Assembly (NCBI GenBank): GCA_039799905.1 | Contig: JBDLRP010000010.1 | Location: forward strand, 1 to 19,226 | Length of the DNA stretch: 19,226 nt | Reading direction: 5' to 3' | Origin: Pseudomonadota bacterium | GTDB lineage: Bacteria; Bdellovibrionota_B; Oligoflexia; Silvanigrellales; Silvanigrellaceae | Shown here: in pieces, positions 6,784-14,986 of the stretch | Numbering within the stretch: position 1 is the stretch's first letter | Layout of the letters: every line of letters starts with the position of its first letter | Made by a program: the position numbers and the translations under genes | The notes under the pieces: model-generated | What the model was told of the DNA's origin: nothing | Seen by the model: the letters and a program-made list of their open reading frames with translations, nothing else | Databases searched by the model: none

Positions 6784-8481
6784 ATGAAAAAATACCGTTT
6801 AGAAATTGCAATCGGGCTTATTTTTGCACTTTTGCTGCTTGGTCTGTTGTGGACGAATCTTGCTGCCCTTGCTCCACAGGTTCCCTGGGCGCTCTTGGGC
6901 GTATGTCTTATCGGACTTTTTTCGATTTTGTTCCCGGTGCCCGAGCGAAATGCCGAAGGCAAGGTCGTGACGGCTCCTTCTGAAAAGTATGCGCCCAAGC
7001 ACTTCGCTTTGGCCGTGGTCTGGAGCGTCATCGGAATAGCAATCATCGTCGGTTTGGCATCGTTGCTCAACCGTGAGCGTTTCTCGAAAACCTTCGACCT
7101 CACGCAGCGCAAGGTGAACTCTTTGAGCAGCGAGACAGTCAATGTGCTCAAGGAACTCAAATCCGACATTCAGATCGTCTGTATTCCGTCGCAGGATCCG
7201 CGTGAGCGTTATTGTGATGAGAACGCCCAGCTGCGTCGTCTGTACTCGGAAACATCACAAAAGATTCAGCACGTGGTGCTCAATCTTGCCGACCGTGCGG
7301 CCCTTCAGCAGGTTCGCCCGTCGGGCTTCAGCCGTTTGGTTTTACTAACCAAGGAAGGCGGACGAAATGAGGTTTCGGGAAGTGTGACCGAGAGCAAGCT
7401 CACGAACGCAATTCTGAGCCTGACCAAGTCAAAGCGCACGGTATACTTCCTGACGGGCAATGGTGAACATGCCACCACCATGGAAGGCAACCGCAATTAT
7501 TACGCTGTCTCGGAAATTCTTCGCAACCGCTCCTATGAAGTGATTCCGCACAAATACACCGAAGAGCTTCCCGCTGATGCACAGTTGGTTGTTGCAGGCC
7601 CAGCTACGGCTCCATACTCTGCCATCCACGAGAATATGTTGCGCCGCTTCCTCGCACGCGGCGGTCGTCTGATTCTTGTGTTGAATCCGTACCGTGATCC
7701 GGGGATGCCCAAACTCTTTGCTGATTTGGGAGTCCGATTTGACCCGACGCTTTTGATGTCCAATCAGGGTGCAACTCAATTCGGCACACAGCTGGCTCAA
7801 ATTGATCCGCTGCGTCCGCCGATTGCGGTAGGTGAATTCTCCCGTTCTTCAGACATCACAAAGGTATTCCCAGCCAGCGATATCGGACTTGCCGACGGCG
7901 CGCGTGGAATGACGTTTACAGCACCAGCCGGCGAAGCAAACATTTTCAAGCTGAAAGGCACCAACCTTGTCAGCGCAATGCATGCGGCACCCGTGACCCT
8001 GACAGATGAGCAGAGGAACCGTCTTCCGCTCGAGGGTGATCTGCGCCTCACGCCCGATGCTGGATTTGATCCGAAGAAAACTTTTCCGGTTGCTGTTGAT
8101 ATCGAAATCGAGGCGCCTGCCAAACTGGCTGAGGGAATTCCGAGCGCCACTTTGGCCGCGAAAGATGGTGCCGGCAATTTGCCCGCTGCCAGTAAAGACA
8201 ACAAGGATGCCGCCAAGCAGAGCGCTGAGGTTGTTATTTTCGGCTTCGACACAGTTGCGTTCGAGCGCATGCTGCCGACGACCACCAACCTGATTCCGCT
8301 GGCTGTCGCACACCTTTACAAGGAAAAAGACCTCATCAGCATTCCGACCAAAGACTTTGCGCCGAAGCGGTTCAAAATGGAGCGCAATCCGGCTAACTTT
8401 GTTCTGCTCTTTGCATTCATTCTGCCGCTCGTAACTGCTCTGTCTGGCCTGTACATCTACTGGCGCCGGAGGTCTGCATGA
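6784..8481 (+). CDS. GldG-family ABC auxiliary component (IFT52/GIFT-like domain)
   Basis: GGAGAG (6772-6777) precedes ATG 6784. Three N-terminal TMs, then FDLTQRKVNSLSSETVNVLKEL, ESKLTNAI, VYFLTGNGE, LVVAGP and FLARGGRLILVLNP, with a C-terminal TM followed by WRRR. Confidence 0.85.
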   Translation: MKKYRLEIAIGLIFALLLLGLLWTNLAALAPQVPWALLGVCLIGLFSILFPVPERNAEGKVVTAPSEKYAPKHFALAVVWSVIGIAIIVGLASLLNRERFSKTFDLTQRKVNSLSSETVNVLKELKSDIQIVCIPSQDPRERYCDENAQLRRLYSETSQKIQHVVLNLADRAALQQVRPSGFSRLVLLTKEGGRNEVSGSVTESKLTNAILSLTKSKRTVYFLTGNGEHATTMEGNRNYYAVSEILRNRSYEVIPHKYTEELPADAQLVVAGPATAPYSAIHENMLRRFLARGGRLILVLNPYRDPGMPKLFADLGVRFDPTLLMSNQGATQFGTQLAQIDPLRPPIAVGEFSRSSDITKVFPASDIGLADGARGMTFTAPAGEANIFKLKGTNLVSAMHAAPVTLTDEQRNRLPLEGDLRLTPDAGFDPKKTFPVAVDIEIEAPAKLAEGIPSATLAAKDGAGNLPAASKDNKDAAKQSAEVVIFGFDTVAFERMLPTTTNLIPLAVAHLYKEKDLISIPTKDFAPKRFKMERNPANFVLLFAFILPLVTALSGLYIYWRRRSA

Positions 8482-9962
8482 AAACTTGGGTTAAGCTCGC
8501 GGCTGCCATTGCCGCGGGTGCGGCCATCTGGGGCGGCATCGCTCTGGATGAGCATCTGGCCGAAAAGGAGCAGGCCAGCAAAAAGCAGGAAGTTAAAATT
8601 GTTGATTTTGAGACAAAAGATGTTCTTAAACTTACTGTTCAGAACAAGTCGGGAAAATACGTTTTCAAACGTGAAAACGCGACCGCCAACTGGAGCATGA
8701 GCGAGCCGGCCGGCCCGCGCCCCGACCAAGACACCATCAACAACTTGTTGTCCGCTCTGCAGTCAGCAACCTTTGAGCAGCACCTCGAAGATGCCCAGAA
8801 AGTTGCAGACGCGGTCAAGAGTGGTGACGGAGCGGCAGGAAAAGATTTCGGTCTGGACAACCCAAGAAGCCAGATTGAACTTGATGTTGCAGCCAACAAA
8901 GAAACGGGCGGAAAAGCACGCACACTGAAGGTCTGGATCGGCGGAGACGTCAGTATCGGCGCGGGTGCGGGAGCCGCCTTCAATGCGATTTCCGTTTACG
9001 CATTGTCGTCCGATCGCAAGGGGCTTCTGGTTGCCGGCGCATCGATTGTTACCTCGGTTGATAAAGAACTGAAGGATTTCCGTTCGAAAATCATCGGCGA
9101 TTTCTCGGTCACCGACGTCAAGGAAATCGAACTTTCCAAGAACGACGGGACGCAGATAGTCTTGGCCAAAACAGAAGAGAATGGCGCGAGCAAGTGGACG
9201 ATCATCAGGCCCAAGAACGTTCGGGCCGACAACAATCAGGTCGGTTTGTACTTGGATGCCTGGACACGTCTGCGTTCGGACAAAGTGACCGAGCCCGCCT
9301 CCATCACGCCCGAGAACAGGGTGGCATTGGGTTTGCAGCCTGCAAATACGACCGTGATCATGAAGGGCGAAGGCGGCAAGGAATTGCAGAAAATCGAGCT
9401 CGGTCTGACCAAAGATGCTCTTTATGCAACCATGTCAGACGGGGCTGTGGGCAGTCTTGAGCTCTCCAAGTTCGCGGATTTGTCGCCTGTGCTGAAGTAC
9501 TTCCGCGACAGACGCGTGTTCTCTGGGGTTTCTTTTAATGATATCAACAAGCTGACTACTGTATCAGGCAAGGAGTACCAGAAGGAGGAAAGAAACTGGT
9601 ATCTTGTCGGTGCAACTGCAGCTGCTGACCCCAAGAAGCCGGAGCGGGTTGCTAACGAAGATGCCCGCAAATTTGTTGAGGATTGGGAGTTTTCAACCGC
9701 CGAAGATATTTTAGATGCCGCGGAAACAGCAAATTTGGCGTCGTTTGGCCTCGACAAGCCCATCACCCGATTCACTTTGTCTGCTCCGGCCGACAAGAAA
9801 ATTCAGGTCGAGGTTCTCGTCGGAAATAGGGTTCCCAACAACGAAAAAGCCGTCTATGTGAAGCGCTCGGATGCCCCTGAGGTATTCGTGATGGAAACAA
9901 AATGGCTTGACGTCCTGACCCGTCTTGATCAAGGAGGGCAGAGTCCGCAAGCCAAGAAGTGA
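8478..9962 (+). CDS. DUF4340 domain-containing periplasmic protein with three internal repeats
   Basis: ATGA overlap with the GldG-like gene. N-terminal anchor, then three repeats with W...P/(F/L)GLxxP motifs (FGLDNP, LGLQPA, FGLDKP). This is the usual position after GldG-like genes. Confidence 0.8.
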   Translation: MKTWVKLAAAIAAGAAIWGGIALDEHLAEKEQASKKQEVKIVDFETKDVLKLTVQNKSGKYVFKRENATANWSMSEPAGPRPDQDTINNLLSALQSATFEQHLEDAQKVADAVKSGDGAAGKDFGLDNPRSQIELDVAANKETGGKARTLKVWIGGDVSIGAGAGAAFNAISVYALSSDRKGLLVAGASIVTSVDKELKDFRSKIIGDFSVTDVKEIELSKNDGTQIVLAKTEENGASKWTIIRPKNVRADNNQVGLYLDAWTRLRSDKVTEPASITPENRVALGLQPANTTVIMKGEGGKELQKIELGLTKDALYATMSDGAVGSLELSKFADLSPVLKYFRDRRVFSGVSFNDINKLTTVSGKEYQKEERNWYLVGATAAADPKKPERVANEDARKFVEDWEFSTAEDILDAAETANLASFGLDKPITRFTLSAPADKKIQVEVLVGNRVPNNEKAVYVKRSDAPEVFVMETKWLDVLTRLDQGGQSPQAKK

Positions 9963-9973
9963 GGACTCTCCCC

Positions 9974-10639
9974 ATGTCCGCAAAGACTGAGTTAGTTCTG
10001 GTACCGATTTCAGCTCACACCGGTGAGCTCCGCGTGCTCGTGCGCCGCGATACAGCTACCGAGAAGCAAGTGCTACCGCACTTGTTTCTCAAATCAGACG
10101 TTCTGCAAAAATCAGCCCTCGAATATATCCTGCGCGATTTGTTGTCTTCGTCAGAACCAGAGGAGTTGTCCTCTTGGATCGGCTCGACAAAATGCAAGGA
10201 CAGGGTTGTCGACGTCTATGATCGCGACCTTCTGTTTGAAAGCGCGCAGAGTGTTGCAATCGTGCGTGTAGTTGCCATTCCAAGTGAAATTGCGCCGGAT
10301 GCCCGTGGCGTCTGGTTGACCCCGCAGGAGCTTTTTGCCGAGGACAGCCATCTGTCACACGACTGTCGCTTGTTCGTACGTGATGCTCTCGCGCAGATTC
10401 CTTTTTGGATTCGTCATTCGTCGCTGGCTTTTGAGCTTTTGCCAAAGGTTTTCTCAATTCAGGATTTGCGAGTTCTCGTCGGACTTCTGTCTGGACAGGA
10501 AATCGATCCTGGCAACTTCCACCGCCGGTTGAAGCGTCTCGACGTACTCAACCCGCTCGTCGCGGGTCAGAGGGTTCACCGTTGGGAATTCGCTTGGGGC
10601 AAGGGCGAGGTTCTGAAAGGCGAAGGGCTTATTCCATAA
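9974..10639 (+). CDS. NrtR-like transcriptional regulator (degenerate Nudix domain plus C-terminal winged HTH)
   Basis: C-terminal AFELLPKVFSIQDL...IDPGNFHRRLK matches the NrtR wHTH pattern. The N-terminal LRVLVRR...LP is Nudix-like but has no Nudix box. SD GAGGA (9961-9965) precedes ATG 9974; GTG 9959 (GTGA overlap) is an alternative start. Confidence 0.72.
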   Translation: MSAKTELVLVPISAHTGELRVLVRRDTATEKQVLPHLFLKSDVLQKSALEYILRDLLSSSEPEELSSWIGSTKCKDRVVDVYDRDLLFESAQSVAIVRVVAIPSEIAPDARGVWLTPQELFAEDSHLSHDCRLFVRDALAQIPFWIRHSSLAFELLPKVFSIQDLRVLVGLLSGQEIDPGNFHRRLKRLDVLNPLVAGQRVHRWEFAWGKGEVLKGEGLIP

Positions 10640-10653
10640 GCCCTTTTTTTTTT
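10623..10653 (+). terminator. Intrinsic terminator overlapping the stop codon of the NrtR-like gene
   Basis: Perfect 10-bp stem AAGGGCTTAT-TCC-ATAAGCCCTT running into a 10-T tract (10644-10653). Confidence 0.85.
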
Positions 10654-10664
10654 ATGCTGATAGC

Positions 10665-10693
10665 TTGACCTTCCCCCGTGCAGATTCTATAGA
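10665..10693 (+). promoter_or_regulatory. Sigma70-type promoter of tRNA-Asn
   Basis: TTGACC (10665-10670), 17-nt spacer, TATAGA (10688-10693), ending 10 nt before the tRNA 5' end. Confidence 0.6.
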
Positions 10694-10703
10694 AATCTCG
10701 CGT

Positions 10704-10779
10704 TCCCCAGTAGCTCAGTCGGTAGAGCAGCGGACTGTTAATCCGCGTGTCGTCGGTTCAAATCCGGCCTGGGGAGCCA
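10704..10779 (+). tRNA. trnN: tRNA-Asn (anticodon GTT)
   Basis: 76-nt cloverleaf: acceptor stem TCCCCAG/CTGGGGA, D-arm GCTCAGTCGGTAGAGC, anticodon arm GCGGA-CTGTTAA-TCCGC (GTT at 10737-10739), T-loop TTCAAAT, discriminator G and encoded CCA. Confidence 0.98.
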
Positions 10780-10787
10780 CTTTCAGT

Positions 10788-10816
10788 GCCCTGTCCTTCA
10801 CGGACGGGGTTTTTTT
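10788..10816 (+). terminator. Intrinsic terminator after tRNA-Asn
   Basis: Hairpin GCCCTGTCC-TTCAC-GGACGGGGT (two G-U pairs) followed by a T tract. Confidence 0.8.
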
Positions 10817-10832
10817 ATATTGTCATTGAAAA

Positions 10833-12662
10833 TCAGGCCGCATTGAACTCAGATTTTTGTTGGGTGTCTTCGCCCAAATCCGTTTGAGCTGCCGATTCGT
10901 GTGCACTGGCAACGAAGGGATAAACGTAAATTTTCAACAGTTCGGAGTCGTCGAGTTCGCTCAGGTCAACGTTGCGGGCGCCAATGTTGCACAAGACAAG
11001 CCGTGACTGAAACGGGAGGTTGACCCAGTGTGGAATTGGCTGCCCATCAAGATTCAAGCCAATCGGGTCGAGGTACGAGAGCAGGCAGATGCTCTTTTTG
11101 CTGTTCAAATGCAGGAGCGGCGAGCGATAGCCCGCATTCAGATAGCATAATTTTTGTTCTTTGAGTTCGATGACTCCCGCGAACAGCGACACATGCTCTG
11201 TTCCCAGCAACACGCCTTTTGTGGCTTCGCTGCACAGGTTGTAAACCAGACTCAGAAAAGCTTCAGTGTCACGAGATTCGGTTTCCTGCTTCAAAAAGAC
11301 CTCAATAAAATGCCTGACTGAGTAGGCAGCCGTACTGGCAGCCAATCCTTCACCTGAAGCAGCACCGACCGCGATCAAAATTCGGTTCTCATCGATATTC
11401 TGCAGTATCCACCACGAACCCTTGTAATTGGGAGCCGGTGACACTTCGACCTTTGCCGTTGCTGAGCCTGCGAGTTTGACAAGTCCAATCGGGCCTAATT
11501 CGCTCAGTAAATGCCGGCAAAATTCTTTTTCCGTTTCGATTGGCGAGGCAAGTGCAGAGGTCATGCGTGTGACCGTTGATTCCACCGCAGAGGCTTCCTC
11601 TGGGAACTCCGGCGGCTCCATTTTTTTGTTCCAAACCGATGTTTTAAACGACAAGTGCCAAAGTTTCCTGCTGTGACTCCACCAGAGTAGCATTGCCGAG
11701 AGACACATCCAGATGAGTGAAAGCAACCAGTCGCGGAGCACGGACGGGGTTTGCCTTCCGCTGTTGTCGGGAATTTTTTTGTTTGGAATGATTCTCACCA
11801 ATGAAGCGTTCAAGCCTTTGGAATGCTTCCAGCTCATCCAGACAGGCTTTTTGGCGATTGCGAATTCTTGTTCCAAGAAAGCCGATTCTTTGGTGTAATT
11901 TCTTTCGAGCAGTCCCGTGATTTCGCTCTTTTCTATTTTTTGTTTTTGAAATTCCTGCGAAACGAGAATGTTCTTTGATTGCGGAAAAAAGAGGACGGAA
12001 TCGTGTGTCTCCGTCCTTTCCAGGATTTCAGGCAACAGCTTCGAAGAAAAAGTATGAATGACCCATGTGCTCCACCCGGGTGCTGAGCGCTTGATGTTGA
12101 ATATCACCTGCACCCACTGGACGTCTTTGTCCATGCTCCTGACAATTTGCATCGTGAGCGGCTGATTGAGGGTTTTTGCTGATGTGAGTTGAATGGCTGA
12201 AGACTTCACTTCCTCATACCAAGGAACGGGAGAGTTTTTCTCTTGAGGGAACCATTCTTTGGCCTGACGTGACATGAGAGTCAGTGGAACTGACGCTTCA
12301 AACCCTTGTCTGCGGGTTACGACGTGTGTTGCAAGCCATTCCGGATGGGAGTCAAATAGGGTGCTCCAAGTTTCTTGCTGTCCTTTATAGGTGGCTGGTG
12401 TCTGATCGGTCACAAAGCTTGCGATTTTCTTTGACTGAACATCCCAAAAGTTGATGCGTACCTCGAAGTCCTGCAAAGATTTCGACGTTTCATGTACAAA
12501 ACTTTTACGCAAATCGTGGTCTGCAATCTCATTCCAGCTGTTGCGCATGAGGAAGACGTAGAAACTTACCCACACGGAAACGACCACCACAAAACAGGCT
12601 TCCCGCATCAAGCCCGTTTTGTTTTCCTTCAGGTAATCCTTCAGGGGTTGCCAGTTGACCAC
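10833..12662 (-). CDS. Membrane sensor: TM, large periplasmic domain, TM, then a degenerate SpoIIE/PP2C phosphatase-like domain
   Basis: SD GAGGTG (12670-12675) lies 7 nt before GTG 12662. Two TMs (CFVVVVSVWVSFYVFL and WLLSLIWMCLSAMLLWW). The cytoplasmic domain keeps the PP2C scaffold (GSWW, ILIAVGAASGEGLAAS, SLFAGVI, YLNAGYRSPLL, PIGL, RLVLCNIG) but lacks the catalytic Asp residues. Confidence 0.75.
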   Translation of the reverse strand: MVNWQPLKDYLKENKTGLMREACFVVVVSVWVSFYVFLMRNSWNEIADHDLRKSFVHETSKSLQDFEVRINFWDVQSKKIASFVTDQTPATYKGQQETWSTLFDSHPEWLATHVVTRRQGFEASVPLTLMSRQAKEWFPQEKNSPVPWYEEVKSSAIQLTSAKTLNQPLTMQIVRSMDKDVQWVQVIFNIKRSAPGWSTWVIHTFSSKLLPEILERTETHDSVLFFPQSKNILVSQEFQKQKIEKSEITGLLERNYTKESAFLEQEFAIAKKPVWMSWKHSKGLNASLVRIIPNKKIPDNSGRQTPSVLRDWLLSLIWMCLSAMLLWWSHSRKLWHLSFKTSVWNKKMEPPEFPEEASAVESTVTRMTSALASPIETEKEFCRHLLSELGPIGLVKLAGSATAKVEVSPAPNYKGSWWILQNIDENRILIAVGAASGEGLAASTAAYSVRHFIEVFLKQETESRDTEAFLSLVYNLCSEATKGVLLGTEHVSLFAGVIELKEQKLCYLNAGYRSPLLHLNSKKSICLLSYLDPIGLNLDGQPIPHWVNLPFQSRLVLCNIGARNVDLSELDDSELLKIYVYPFVASAHESAAQTDLGEDTQQKSEFNAA

Positions 12663-12829
12663 TTTCTATCACCTCTGTTTGTTGAGTCTTCGGACGAATT
12701 GGCACAATTTTTATCCCCGACACTTCTTTGACGTTCACGCTTTAATCAGTCCGTCGTCGATCCGATCACCATGCAGTCAAGGATATCTGATTGTACAGAC
12801 TGATTTTTGCCTCCTGATTGAGGGTCACT

Positions 12830-14911
12830 ATGATCAAACATCGCTCGTCATTACTTTTAATTTGCGGACTTTTTGCAACAGCTTCACTGATGGCGTGCAG
12901 ACCACGGAAGTATAATTCGAAGCCCTTTGAAGCGCCGGGATCGGCCGACAAGCCTGAGTTGCTGGGACTGCCTGCAACAATGGCATGGCCCGCACTTAAA
13001 GACGTCAAAGGCGGTGAGCGCGGCGTGCCATGGACTGACACCTATTGGCCTTTGTACGAAAGAGGTATGGCTGTCCGTTGGGCTGTGCCCGAAGGAGGCG
13101 CGTCGGGACTGACTCGTTTGCCAGAGACTCCCTACCAGCAGGTCACGCAGATGTTTTCGGCGTGGGATTCTGGCGACAAAAATCAGTTGAATTTGCTTTC
13201 GCCGGCCGAAAAGTACGATCTTCTCCAGCTCGGCGGCAAAAAACCAGATGCTGACGTCATGAAGACGCTCAAAGACAACGAGGACCTGTTTTTGAACAAT
13301 GCCGAGTTGAAGCAAGCCCGCTCAACTCTCGAGGCCTTCACCAAGCAGCAGCAGAAGTTTGCTTCGGAGTCGGAAGTGCTGATGCGGGAGATCAACGCTT
13401 TGATTTCCAAAGTTCGCGATGACAGTGCTGCAGTCATCAATGTCAGAGGGCTCATGAAGGACCCTAAGACGCGTGAACGCATCAATCCTCAGGAAGCAGT
13501 CCAGCGCATCAGTGCACTACAGAATTCGGTGCAGATGAATCTTGCCCAAGTGAGAATCAAGCAATCTACTTTGGATCAACTTGAGAAGAACGCGCAGGAC
13601 GTTGTCAAAAAGAAAAAAGCGGCGCAAACGGCGTATGAAAAAGCGCTGAAGGACTATCAGGGAAAAACTGTCTCCGTGGCCACCCAAATGGCCAAGTCGA
13701 TGAATATGCTGTCGACCGGTTGGGAAAACTTTCTCAGTTACAGCAGTGGCTATGATGAGGACTGGTCGTGGATGGGTCACTGTCACGGCTGGGCTCCGGC
13801 TGCACTCAATGAAGCCACTCCAAAGCATGGTGTTCTCGTTCGTCGCGCAGGGAAAGAGATTTTCTTCACCGAGGGAGACATCCGCGGCCTGCTGACGAAA
13901 ATTTACTCGGATCAGGCGCCGAAGGCACGCTTTGCTAGCACTCGCTGCAACACGGACAAGCTTGTGAAGGACCGGCTCGGTCGTGTCGCCGACGGAAAGT
14001 TGTGTATGGGAGATAGTCTGAAAAACTGCTCCCAAACCGATAAAGGCGAGATTGTTTTTATTGCGGCCGGTCAAAGTCGGAGTGGTCTCACGGTGCTTTC
14101 AAGTAAAATAAATGATGACAATCCCAAGATTGCCGTCTGGACCGGAGGCAGCGGCGAAGACGCGGTGCAGGTTGCCGTTTATCCGGATCTGGCGACATTC
14201 TCAAAAAACACCGACAACATTCGCAAAGGTGATTACACCGGAAGTCAGCGCGGCGTTTTGAATATCTCAACAGCATGCCGCGACACTAATCCAATGACCT
14301 TGCATCTTGCGCTGAAGGGACTGATCAACGATCAAAAGATTGGTTTTGTGATGGACCGCACCCGTACAGCCCAGGTCTGGAATCAGCCAGTCTACAAATG
14401 GGAAATGACTCCTTTGCAGATCAAGAAAAACGATGCGGAAGGAACCCTTGCGCCGGCGGGCGAACCTGTCGCAATCGGTGAGGTTGACGATCTGTTCAAG
14501 GATTACAGAGCCAAAGGAACTGCGTTTCTTGTTCAGATGAAGGTGAAGCTATTCTACGGAGTCGAAAACGGCCCCAAACTTTCTTACACACCCTCAGATG
14601 AAGCCGTTGATGTTGACACCGTGTTCTACACTCTCGAGTTGGATTCCAAACAGAATCTGATTGGCGGTGAGTGGGGTTTGATACCCACAACCGAGAACGC
14701 AAAAGAATCGTCGCTTGCAGCAGGCCGCAGCGGTACGGCGCCTGACTTTCTTTGGCTCATCGATCAAAAACAAAAGCCAAACAAAGGCGCGCTCAATCAT
14801 GCGCTGATCAACAAAATTCACGCTTGTTCTATCAGCACAACCGACATTCAGAAGTACACGTGGCCAGTCGGTGGCGTGCAGCTGGACTATACGGTCTGTA
14901 ATCTCGACTAG
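12830..14911 (+). CDS. Lipoprotein of the transglutaminase elicitor (GP42/TGase_elicitor) family with a long helical insertion
   Basis: SD GAGGG precedes ATG 12830. Lipobox LMAC (Cys23). Family motifs PWTDTYWP, LSPAEKYD, WMGHCHGWAPAA (Cys codon 13781-13783), GDIRGLL, CRDTNP, QVWNQPV, YTLELD...IGGEW and PDFLW. Confidence 0.85.
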   Translation: MIKHRSSLLLICGLFATASLMACRPRKYNSKPFEAPGSADKPELLGLPATMAWPALKDVKGGERGVPWTDTYWPLYERGMAVRWAVPEGGASGLTRLPETPYQQVTQMFSAWDSGDKNQLNLLSPAEKYDLLQLGGKKPDADVMKTLKDNEDLFLNNAELKQARSTLEAFTKQQQKFASESEVLMREINALISKVRDDSAAVINVRGLMKDPKTRERINPQEAVQRISALQNSVQMNLAQVRIKQSTLDQLEKNAQDVVKKKKAAQTAYEKALKDYQGKTVSVATQMAKSMNMLSTGWENFLSYSSGYDEDWSWMGHCHGWAPAALNEATPKHGVLVRRAGKEIFFTEGDIRGLLTKIYSDQAPKARFASTRCNTDKLVKDRLGRVADGKLCMGDSLKNCSQTDKGEIVFIAAGQSRSGLTVLSSKINDDNPKIAVWTGGSGEDAVQVAVYPDLATFSKNTDNIRKGDYTGSQRGVLNISTACRDTNPMTLHLALKGLINDQKIGFVMDRTRTAQVWNQPVYKWEMTPLQIKKNDAEGTLAPAGEPVAIGEVDDLFKDYRAKGTAFLVQMKVKLFYGVENGPKLSYTPSDEAVDVDTVFYTLELDSKQNLIGGEWGLIPTTENAKESSLAAGRSGTAPDFLWLIDQKQKPNKGALNHALINKIHACSISTTDIQKYTWPVGGVQLDYTVCNLD

Positions 14912-14986
14912 TTCGCTGCTCGGCTGGCATTATTGTTGATTATGTGGCAAAACCTGTCTCCAGTGAATCAATCACGGAGGCAAGTT

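Noticed and set aside
5098..8481. Assigning gldA/gldF/gldG symbols and a gliding-motility function
   Set aside because: The resemblance is at family level only. Such operons also occur in organisms without Bacteroidota-type gliding.
10644..10653. 10-T homopolymer as a phase-variation tract
   Set aside because: It is fully explained as the U tract of the terminator and lies outside coding sequence and the promoter spacer.
12700..12715. Sigma54-like TGGCACAATTTTTATC upstream of the TGase gene
   Set aside because: The -24 element is good, but the -12 GC is missing.
12529..12738. Frameshifted N-terminus (MNVKEVSGIKIVPIRPK...) of the PP2C-like sensor
   Set aside because: GAGGTG at 7-nt spacing supports GTG 12662 as a real start, so no frameshift is needed.
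14925..14940. Sigma54-like TGGCATTATTGTTGAT upstream of the TatT-like gene
   Set aside because: The -12 element reads TTGA instead of TTGC, which is too weak to call without comparative data.
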